Shown here: piece by piece, positions 40,928 through 56,897 of the stretch
Layout of the letters: each line of letters begins with the position of its first letter
Numbering within the stretch: the first letter of the stretch is position 1
Assembly: GCA_012295275.1 (NCBI GenBank)
Contig: CM022676.1
Location: forward strand, 12,276,001-12,340,000
Reading direction: 5' to 3'
From: Chrysomallon squamiferum
Lineage: Eukaryota > Animalia > Mollusca
Length of the DNA: 64,000 bases
Made by a program: the position numbers and the translations under genes
Notes under the pieces: generated by a model
Database searches by the model: none
What the model was told of the DNA's origin: nothing
What the model saw: only the letters and a program-made list of their open reading frames with translations

Positions 40928-42908
40928 TGTTTTGATATGTGTCTGGTATATGGTCACCAAGGAAACCTTATAAATCTTAACAAAAGCACACAAGTACATA
41001 CAGCTACAGCATTCCTGGTTTTCGTGTTGTACAAAATATATTATTTATAACAATAAAACAAATTTTAGTTGTTTTTTATTTTACACAGGCGTAACACAAA
41101 TGAATCTTACAGCTGGAAAAGCTTTCAATAAACGTCCTTTCAGCCTCACCTGTGAAGTAATAAGTGGCTCAGTGAGTGGTGCTCTAGAGTACACCCGTCC
41201 CGTAGGGGGGGTCGTTGTCCAGTGTGATAACTCATTTGATATCAGCAGCTGTGATACCCAGATCCCAGGATATTCTGTTATTGCATCCACCAGTAACACA
41301 TACACACTAAATGTTGCCAGCTTGAATCCCAAAAATGATGAGGGAACTTGGACATGTACCGATTCAGCAGCTGATACGATTGCTGGCAAGTTAAATGTTA
41401 CAATATCAGGTCAGTTTTGTCTTTCATAGTTCCTGTTACCATTTACATAAAATAAATAAAAAGTTAATTTCTTAGTTTGTGTGGATGGTCACAGCATTTG
41501 TATTGTGTATGCAGTAGTTTAATTATACTGAACACTTCCATTCCCAGGTAGATCCTTGTCTAAATGTTAAAAATCATGTGCAGTAGAAATAATGTCTCTT
41601 TAAAGAGTTGAATGAGTTGTCTACAAAATATCTTTATATCAGTTACGTCCAGCCATTAATAAGAAAGTATTAAAAAATAATAATGTTGTTACAAAACATT
41701 TGAATGCTGCCATTCTATCCCTTTACAAATTGTGTTTTTTTTTTCTTCTTTTTTTATATGATGCTTGTAATTTCCATAGCTCTCCATTTTTATGTTTTGT
41801 ATGGTTTAAAGATAAGTACTGTATACAGATATATAATTAATTATATGAAAACCACTGTACAGTAGTACATCCCTATAACAGCCCCACCCCTGGATGAGCA
41901 CACGCCTACTGAACACTGACTCAGACAGCATTTTCTGAAATTATTATTCCACTGCTGAAGTGGACAGATATTGATTTGGATTTGTTTTCTCGAAAATAAA
42001 TAATTTTATTGTTGTGTGGCAGCTTTCTGAAATATTTTTAACGATGATATCACATGTTTCATGTACTGCTGACAGTACTGTTTTTGTCGTGTCAACTAGA
42101 CCCCACAAAATGCAGTCACCTTGAGCTGAACCATTAAACTGTGCGAGTTCAAGCTATTTCGCACACAGTTTGATAATTCAGACATTCAACATGATTCCAG
42201 GCATATTTATGTTTTGTAAACTCCACGTTTTAGCAGACCTCTGAAGTCTGAAAGATGGTTTATTTGGTTTTCAAGTGCAGTATTTTGTAAAACATAAATA
42301 TAGCTCTTTTTTTTATGAGATTTAGGACCTGCAAAACATTTACTATTTTTGCATCCTTCAATAAACTAGATATGTCTGCAATTGCATTTTAGGATAAAGC
42401 TTCGAAGCTTGCTGTGGTAGATCCTGACCACAATAATTTACGTTTGATTTGCGTTCTAGTGTGGTGGATGTGATTAAAGATTGTAAATTTATACTGTGAT
42501 TTTGAAAATATATATTTATAAGTGCTCAGTTATGTAAATCATATTGTTAATTTCCACTGCAGTATAAATATTCATACACTTAATAAAAACGAATAAGCAT
42601 TTTCCACATGCCTATAAGGCTGAAAAGAATATTTTATTCAAGAGAAATTTCTGTTTATGTTTGAGTCATAAGTTGTATATAAATTAATAACTTTATGATT
42701 TCATATAATTAATGTCATACTATAAAAGAATTTGTGTTTTTGTAAAATTATTATTTCAATAAATTAAAGATTATTATAGTTTTCTATATTTTCTGTATTT
42801 TAGAAGGAACAAGTGTATCTTCTGATATGTTTCATCTTATGTTCATGTAAGGAATCTTCTAATTGAGATTTTGTTTCTATTTTGTCTACTCTTGAATTTG
42901 TGTTCAGG

Positions 42909-43005
<97 letters not shown>

Positions 43006-43132
43006 CTGGCTAAGTATGTTTGTAGCAGTTCTTTGTTATTATTTGTACTTCTGTTTCATTTCATGCTCTTTTATCTTTATTTTTTATTTTTTCAGGTTTA
43101 TCAACACTTTAGTGATCACTGATTTGCTGTAG
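40290..43132 (+). CDS. G8: single-Ig GPI-type protein with shortened stalk
   Basis: Exons: 40290-40350 MALQLNWIFHFFIILLRSAEG; 41089-41409 Ig; 42804-42846 EGTSVSSDMFHLMFM (12 nt in-frame deletion); 43096-43132 FINTLVITDLL*. Confidence 0.9.
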
Positions 43133-43338
43133 ATCTACACACACCTCACAGACAGATAAACACAAAGACATCAGAAGTATCAAACACTGAAACAAACTAA
43201 ATTATACATATTTGTTTGTGTTGTGGGCTTTGTATTCATTATTATTATTATTATTATTATTATTTCATTTTTTTAAATATTCCTCAGATTATCTTAATTA
43301 TATATTGTATGAAATTGTCAGAATAACTGCAGTCAACG

Positions 43339-43386
<48 letters not shown>

Positions 43387-44045
43387 TCTAATTGAGGTTA
43401 TTGTGTCTGCTAGATGTTAATTTTACAGTGATTACAAAACATGATTACAAAATACTAAAAGAGTGGATTGTGTTTGAAAGTGGAATGTAAAACTGTTGTA
43501 TATTTTTTATTATTTTATTTCTCAGCAGTGATAAAATATTTGTTATCTAGAGAATACCATGAATTATTGTTACTTGTATAATCATTATAGTGGGTTTTTT
43601 CTTTATAAATAATTTAGCAAATAATGTGTGTGTTTTTGTAAAATTGTGGTTAGAATAAGGAAAGTTTCGAAGCAGTAATATTAACATTAGAATTACCGAA
43701 AGGAATTGTCTGATTTGCGATATGTTTCTAGTAAACTTGACTGCATCACAGAAATAAAAACTTGTACATTTAGAAGCTAGAATTATGTTTCATCTTTGAA
43801 CACAGTACATGTTAATTAAATCATACATTAAGAGAGATGGGTGTAAATTTCAGGGCCATTTTAAGTCTATGTGCACTGGGTAGGTGTATTAAACTTTGTA
43901 AAATATTCAAATAAATTACTAAGAATGAAAAAGATAGCTATGAATCTAATAAACCAGAAATAAGTGTCTGCTTCAGAAGATGGATCTTTCTAGGGCAAGA
44001 AAATATTAAAATGTAAATGTGTATGTATGTATATATATTTTATTA

Positions 44046-44095
<50 letters not shown>

Positions 44096-44355
44096 TGAAT
44101 CAGAGTGTAGGAAAATGGGTGCCATACATTTGAGTCTTCTCGGCAGCAGGGATGCAGTTTGTGAGATCATGATTGTATTGCATCCTCCTGTGCTAACACA
44201 TTCACGAATATTGTCTATATATATATATATTCAAAGATACATATCTATATAAAAACATACACAGACAAAAGATACATGGTATTACCTAATTATATACTTC
44301 TGTACATAACCATGCATAAAAGAACAAAAAGAAGACAGTTTATGAGATTACTGGC

Positions 44356-44409
44356 ATTATTATAAGATAAACATGGAAGAAGATACAGAATCACTTCTGC
44401 TTATATCTT
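44356..44409 (-). pseudogene. Orphan stalk exon of the family
   Basis: tttag/AA GAT ATA AGC AGA AGT GAT TCT GTA TCT TCT TCC ATG TTT ATC TTA TAA; acceptor kept, donor lost; copy at 53813-53866. Confidence 0.75.
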
Positions 44410-46202
44410 CTAAAATATACAAAAATGAAGAAAATCAGTAACCAGTTATATCCATTATATAAGGTTTTTTTTAAATATTTTATTGTTGCTTGTTTTTTAC
44501 TACAATAAATTAAAACAGTAATAATAGTGTTTTTGATGAAGATGATGCTCATGATAATTCTCACATTTAAAACAAATGAACCATCAAAAAATGTCCAGTG
44601 AATATTATGCTGGTGCTAAATAAAAATGGATCACATTAGACACAGCTTTCTGTGAATCTGACCCACCTTATTCCTATAGTAACTGTGTTGTATTTAACTC
44701 AGTTGTATTCCTTGCTTTCAAATGAAACCAAATAGCCACCTTTATTTTTTTCTGCTGCAGTACTGTTAAGCAAACATACAAACAGTTGTATTTAACCTCA
44801 GGCTTTTCTGTTCATTGGTTCACTAAATATCATTATAATAATACGTCGTAGACGACGATGTGAGTGAAACGTTCCGTTCACTTCATTAAAGAAACAAAGC
44901 ACAAATGTCAAAAATAATAGCTTTATTTGTTTTATTATTATTATTTCTTTTAAATATGAAATGAACTAATTAATGAAACAATAATAGAGAAAAGGTATTT
45001 TCTTGAAAACGTTTCTAAAACAGAAGAGAAGAGAAGATAGCAGGCAATTGGGAACATTGTTTTTTATTCATGACGGTGAAAATCAAGTTGTCTGCAATTT
45101 GTAAGAATCTATCTGTGAACTTTTTATTTTTATTTTTATTTTTTTTTATATATCATACTTCACAGACATGTAGACAGATACGTATATTTTAACTTTATTA
45201 TATTTGATGAAACGTTGTTTTTGGGGGAAATTATTTTTTTATATATGTAAAATGAACTTCACATTTACGATTCAGATTTTCAAAAGCAGATTGTGTGCTC
45301 TTCAGTTGATAGCATTAATAAGATTATAAAACAAGACTGCAGACGACATGGACTATATTTTCTTTCTTAACATGCTGCAGACAGATTTCATGACGTCATC
45401 ACTTACATTACGTAAAATTTATAAATTTTTTGTCTTTTCTTGTTTCTTTCTTTACATTCACATGCAAAATTTTATACACTCACTTTTATATATCATAGCA
45501 AATATAATCAGTTAAAAATCGATCAAAGGGAATAACTATAAAGAAGACATGTAACACAATAGCTGAAATTTGAAACACATACATCGATCAGACAGATTAA
45601 AACATTTCACACTTTACAAAAACATTTCTATAATTTTATGACGTTGTGGACATTTCAAAATCCACAAAAGTTTAATAACATTTTCAAAAAGGAAATATAG
45701 CACTAAGCAATTTGAAATTCAACAAGTTATTGCGTAAATAATAATAATAATTAAACTCTATTATATATGTAAATAAATAAATAAATAAATACTAGTAAGT
45801 GAATAAGTAAGTAAGTAATAATAATAATAATAATAACTGATGATGATGGTGATGATATCGTCTGCAATAGTTCCCGTCAAAGAAAAGAAGTTGTATATGA
45901 ACTGGAAACTAGGAAGTATATTTGTGTTGATAAAAAGTCCGAAACAAATGTAATCAATGCTTCAAGGGGGATAATTCTGTTCTGACACTGATACAAATAC
46001 AATTATAAGACCGTCAGACATACTAGAAAAGTAAACAGTGAAACTCGTTAAAAAAACACGCACAATAATAATAATAATAATAATAATAATAAGCATGAGT
46101 AGTACAAAATAAAGACAGAAACAAGACTACAGTTTAGTTTGATGTCAGTGTTTGATACATCTCATATCTCCGTGTTTGTCTACCTGTCACGATTATGTAG
46201 AT

Positions 46203-50387
<4,185 letters not shown>

Positions 50388-50526
50388 TGAAATTAAATCT
50401 ATATCAAGAACGAAGTACCAAATCTGAAAAACAAAAAGAAGAAGAAGAAAAAGGATATTATTTTTATAATAACCAATAAAAATATTTGTTTTGTTTTAAC
50501 AACAATTATCGTACAATGCATTTGTT

Positions 50527-50527
<1 letters not shown>

Positions 50528-50588
<61 letters not shown>

Positions 50589-50638
50589 TAATAATAATAA
50601 TAATAAAAATAATAATAATAATGTCAGTTATTGCGCCG

Positions 50639-50688
<50 letters not shown>
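50528..50688. repeat. Inverted microsatellite (AAT)n-spacer-(TAT)n at a duplication boundary
   Basis: Same spacer as 7969-8082; sequence to the right matches 8083 onward. Confidence 0.9.
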
Positions 50689-50689
<1 letters not shown>

Positions 50690-51132
50690 AATTTAAAATT
50701 CCAGTGTGCCGGTTTCCGAGCGTCCACGAAAATTCCCGATCGAAATTCAAGATGACGTGGTCTGATGCCGGTCAGTGATTACAAATATTTAAACATATAT
50801 TTTTCATAATGCAATCAATTCTCATGGATTACTACACGTAGTTAGTTCAGATATATCATATAAGCAATGTCTTGTAAAAACAGACGTCAGGTTATTGAGT
50901 ACAAATTGTTGCAGAGGTTCAAATTGTTGTGTTTCTTTGTTATTTTATTTGTTATTATTATTTTTTTTTTTTCGTTGCTTTGACGTCATATCACCTCATT
51001 TGGTACCCATTTCGTACACCACCGTTCCATTTAAAAAATATAGAAAAGAAAAATGTTTCTTAATTTGAAATTAATTTTTGAAATTTCTATTTTTCTCTTG
51101 CAGAAGTGATATTTATTGCCTAACAGAATTAA

Positions 51133-53280
51133 ATGGGTGTACAGATAAACTGCGTTTTCATCCTTTCTGTGTTTGTCATTTTGCTGACAACTTCTGAAGG
51201 TAATGTAATTACTGGCATTAAACATTTCTAAACCTTATTGAAAATAAAATTAATTTCATAACAAAATGTATGAGTGATAGTTAATTATTATTAAAGTAAT
51301 AAAATACAATCATTTGCAGACTAGGACTATTTAAGATATATAAAGCATGAGTACAATTTTTAAACAACATCAAGTGTTTTATAAAGGAAATAATGACATT
51401 TGGCTAAAATATGTCACTTGGAAATCTGCACTCAAATATTCTAGAGTTATACTCAGAAAATTCTATACTGGGTCAGAGCCAAATCTCTCTCTAATTGAGT
51501 ATATGTACTAAAAGTGGCTCAGGATTGAATATTCAAACAGCAGAAAAATCATCTAAAACATGACAACTTACAGCTTCCTTCCTCTTTGAAATTATCGAAA
51601 ACGGCAGCTTGCATATTCTAGAGGATGTGATTGTTGTACCAATACTATTTTTGAATACAGACTATAGCAATAGGTGGAACTTGTAAACTATGCACAAAAA
51701 GATGTTTATACTATTACTTTCCCATTATATTTACTTTATTTATTTATTTATTTTTATTTATTTGTTAATATTATTATTAATATTAATCAATATTTATCTC
51801 CCACAAAAACAAACACACCATGCCAGAACTAACTTAACAGATCTGTACGTATATAAAGTATGGTATATTAAATGTACAAGACAAATTCTGAGATCATATA
51901 ACGAAAACTGTTAATTTGTATTATTTTTTTTTTCTTTAATAGTATTTCCTTTCTTTCAGTGTCTTCATCTTTGGAGACAGTATTATTGTTATGTTTTTAT
52001 TAACGTTGTTTATTTATTTATTTATTTATTTTATTGATTTCTGAGATCTCATCTTTTCACAACCCGTGCGCGTAAACCGTTCGGGGTTCTGCGAAAACTC
52101 CAGCTAATTACCTTGTTACCCTTCCTTTTTATTTCTACTGTGAAAGGGTATAAAAATGAGTGAAAAAGTGGGATCAAATAAGAAACCAAAAACATATCAC
52201 TTGTATTGGGAATGGGAGCAGGAGTTTTTTTCCACAATGTTAAATTCGAAATAAGTTTGTGTGGTGTGTCAATTTAAGATCTTTTGGACTGTTCGGAAAG
52301 AAAGTACAACACTAACTACTCTCCGAAAAGTGAGCTAAGGAAGATAAATAGGAAGATACAAAAATTATAGCTGTCTGGACAACAGTCATTTTTCTCACAC
52401 CTGACTTCAAAATCGAAGACAGCCACCGAAGAATCCTTCAGCGTGATTCATTCCATCATCGACCACAGCAAGCCTTACAGGATAGAGAGATGATAAGAAA
52501 GGCATTTGTTGAAGTAGCTGACTCATTGTTTCAGGAGAAACCGGAAATATTATTTTCAATCATAGCTCTCGAACTATCAAGAAGCACAGTTACATGATAA
52601 ATACATGCAGACACAGTCTTTTTGATTTCATTTATTAAAATCTAGCTCCAATTCACAAAATTGCAAAAGACTTTCAAAGTCTATTGGATTTGTTAAACAT
52701 TTGCTTTCACATTTGATTGGCATGGTCACCAAGGAAACCTTTCTAAACTTAAACAAAACACGTAAGTGGATACAGCTACAGCATTCGTGGTTTCAGTGTT
52801 ACACAAAGAATTTCCATAACAACAACAAAAACAAATTTTAGTTGTTTTTTATTTTACACAGGCGTAACACAAATGAAACTTACAGCTGGAAAAGCTTTCA
52901 ATAAACGTCCTTTCAGCCTCACTTGTGAAGTTCAGTGAGAAGTAATCCCGTAGGGGGATCGTGGCTCAGTGAGTGGTGCTCTAGAGTACACCTGTTGCAA
53001 GTCCCCCAAACTTGTAAGGGGGATCGTTGTCCAGTGTGATAACTCATTTGATATCAGCAGCTGTGATAACAACAACAAAAAAAATTTAATTGTTTTTTTT
53101 TATTTTACCCAGATCCCAGGATATTCTGTTATTGCATCCACCAGTAACACATACACATTATCTGTTGCAAGCTTCGATCCCAAACTTGATGACGGAACTT
53201 GGACATGTACCGATTCAGCAGCTGCTACGATTGCTGGCAAACTTGTACATGTAGAAGCTAGAATTATGTTTCTTCTTTGA
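51133..53280 (+). pseudogene. G10: rearranged G3/G8-hybrid Ig gene with templated insertions and no tail exons
   Basis: Leader 51133-51199 identical to G3. Ig exon from 52862 has net +24, +15 and +39 nt inserts; TGA (52936) and TAG (52951) lie in the first. The exon is joined at ~53239 to sequence matching 43758, losing donor, stalk and last exon. Confidence 0.85.
52049..52597 (+). mobile_element. hAT (SPIN/GTF2IRD2-like) transposon 5' fragment
   Basis: From ATG 52156, with frameshifts: MSEKVGSNKKPKTYHLYWEWEQEFF..LNSK*VCVVCQ...SPKSELRK...LSGQQSFFSHLTSKSKTATEESF...AFVEVADSLF...LELSRSTVT*, matching the recalled N-terminus of this transposase family. Confidence 0.78.
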
Positions 53281-56200
53281 ACACATTAAATGTTAATTAA
53301 ATCATACATTAAGAGAGATGGGTGTAAATTTCAGGGCCATTTTAAGTCTATGTGCACTGGGTAAGTGTATTAAACTTTGTAAAATATTCAAATAAATTAC
53401 TAAGAATGAAAAAGATGGCTATGAATCTAATAAACCAGAAATAAGTGTCTGCTTCAGAAGATGGATCTTTCTAGGGCAAGAAAATAATAAAATGTAAATG
53501 TGTATGTATGTATATATATTTTATTATATTATTATTATTATTATTATTATTATGAATCAGAGTGTAGGAAAATGGGTGCCATACATTTGAGTCTTCTCGG
53601 CAGCAGGGATGCAGTTTGTGAGATCATGATTGTATTGCATCCTCCTGTCCTAACACATTCACGAATATTGTCTATATATATATATATTCAAAGATACATA
53701 TCTATATAAAAACATACACAGACAAAAGATACATGGTATTACCTAATTATATACTTCTGTACATAACCATGCATAAAAGAACAAAAAGAAGACAGTTTAT
53801 GAGATTACTGGCATTATTATAAGATAAACATGGAAGAAGATACAGAATCACTTCTGCTTATTTCTTCTAAAATATACAAAATTGAAGAAAATCAGTAACC
53901 AGTTATATCCATTATATAAGGGTTTTTTTAAATATTTTATTGTTGCTTGTTTTTTACTACAATAAATTAAAACAGTAATAATAGTGTTTTTGATGAAGAT
54001 GATGCTCATGATAATTCTCACATTTAAAACAAATGAACCATCAAAAAATGTCCAGTGAATATTATGCTGGTGCTAAATAAAAATGGATCACATTAGACAC
54101 AGCTTTCTGTGAATCTGACCCACCTTATTCCTATAGTAACTGTGTTGTATTTAACTCAGTTGTATTCCTTGCTTTCAAATGAAACCAAATAGCCACCTTT
54201 ATTTTTTTTTCTGCTGCAGTACTGTTAAGCAAACATACAAACAGTTGTATTTAACCTCAGGCTTTTCTGTTCATTGGTTCACTAAATATCATTATAATAA
54301 TACGTCGTAGACGACGATGTGAGTGAAACGTTCCGTTCACTTCATTAAAGAAACAAAGCACAAATGTAAAAAATAATAGCTTTATTTGTTTTATTATTAT
54401 TATTTCTTTTAAATATGAAATGAACTAATTAATGAAACAATAATAGAGAAAAAGGTATTTTCTTGAAAACGTTTCTAAAACAGAAGAGAAGAGAAGATAG
54501 CAGGCAATTGGGAACATTGTTTTTCTTCATGACGGTGAAAAATCAAGTTGTCTGCAATTTGTAAGAATCTATCTGTGAACTTTTTATTTTTATTTTTATT
54601 TTTTTTATATATCATACTTCACAGACATGTAGACAGATACGTATATTTTAACTTTATTATATTTGATAAAACGTTGTTTTTGGGGGAAATTATTTTTTTA
54701 TATATGTAAAATGAACTTCACATTTACGATTCAGATTTTCAAAAGCAGATTGTGTGCTCTTCAGTTGATAGCATTAATAAGATTATAAAACAAGACTGCA
54801 GACGACATGGACTATATTTTCTTTCTTAACATGCTGCAGACAGATTTCATGACGTCATCACTTACATTACGTAAAATTTATAAATTTTTTGTCTTTTCTT
54901 GTTTCTTTCTTTACATTCACATGCAAAATCTTATACAATCACTTTTATATATCATAGCAAATATAATCAGTTAAAAATCGTTCAAAGGGAATAACTATAA
55001 AGAAGACATGTAACACAATAGCTGAAATTTGAAACACATACATCGATCAGACAGATTAAAACATTTCACACTTTACAAAAACATTTCTATAATTTTATCA
55101 CGTTGTGGACATTTCAAAATCCACAAAAGTTTAATAACATTTTCAAAAAGGAAATATAGCACTAAGCAAATTGAAATTCAACAAGTTATTGCGTAAATAA
55201 TAATAATAATTAAACTCTATTATATATGTAAATAAATAAATAAATAAATACTAGTAAGTGAATAAGTAAGTAAGTAATAATAATAATAATAATAACTGAT
55301 GATGATGGTGATGATATCGTCTGCAATAGTTCCCGTCAAAGAAAAGAAGTTGTATATGAAACTGGAAACTAGGAAGTATATTTGTGTTGATAAAAAGCCC
55401 TAAACAAATGTAATCAATGCTTCAAGGGGGATAATTCTGTTCTGACACTGATACAAATACAATTATAAGACCGTCAGACATACTAGAAAAGTAAACGGTG
55501 AAACTCGTTAAAGAAACACGCACAATAATAATAATAATAATAATAATAAGCATGAGTAGTACAAAATAAAGACAGAAACAAGACTACAGTTTAGTTTGAT
55601 GTCAGTGTTTGATACATCTCATATCTCCGTGTTTGTCTACCTGTCACGATTATGTAGATCTAGAGCCAACCAGTGATGACAAAAATGTTGATAACCCTGA
55701 AAAAAAAAAAAAAAAAAAAAAAAAAAATAAAAAAAATAAAAAGGGCCTGAACTGAAACAAATAACAAGAAAATTATCCAAAGGAAAACATTTACAAAGAC
55801 ATAAACAGAAAATACGCAAAAACACGCAGACACGCTTACACAAAAACACAGATATATAGATACAGAGATAAATAGCTCAGTAGACAGAAACATATATAGA
55901 TACGTACATACATGTACAAAGTGCAAGTTTATAAACATATGTATGTTTGTGCGTGATTTATGTATGTGTAGGTGTGAGTTAATTGTGCGTAGATAGATAG
56001 ACAGAAGTGTAGATAAAATGAATACTAAACTGAACAGTAAAAGAACTAATGAAATAAAAATAAAGGGCACGAACAGAACGCTAAAATATATAATGAGAGA
56101 AAGCAGCGGAGATCTCTAGCTGGAACCACATAAACTGAGAGACACACAGTCATGCACAGGAACACAGATACGTTGATAGATACAAAGACACACGTACACA

Positions 56201-56863
56201 CAAATAGCAGTACATTGATCAATAGGTGAAAAGAAAGACAGATGATTCGATGGATGGATGGATGGAAGGATGGACAGGCATACGTAAATTTAGACCATGC
56301 TACACTGAAAAATAAAACAAGTAACAAAAAGAAAGCAGTTACAAGATTACTTACGTGATTATTATGTAAACCGCGAAAGAAGACAGAGATTCACTTGCGG
56401 ACGTCATAGCTGAAACAGACGTACTATAAATGTTTTAACCAGTTAGGCACAAAATTTTAAAACTGTCATATATACCATAATAAATTAAATTCACAAGTAA
56501 TAATGATGATAATGATGATGATGATGATGATGATATAAACGATGCTTATGATGGTGTTTGTGATGACGATGATCATCACGATTATGATAATAGTAATTCT
56601 TACATTTGAAATATAGATAAGGACTGGATTCAGGAAAAAGCGGTGCAGCAAGAGAAATGTGAGTAATTTTGAGTTTGAGCCTCAGCGTATATCCAATAAA
56701 TTTTTGAGTAGTGTAATACAATGAGCAGGTGGTCTCTACCTCCCCCGGCGGACACGGTTTTGTGTTAGTACTAAACCTGATTAGCTGTTTAGGCACAGGT
56801 TTATCTTCCTTGTCCTTCGGCTACAAAGAAGAAATAATTTCTGGTTAAATTAAATTAATTAAA

Positions 56864-56897
<34 letters not shown>

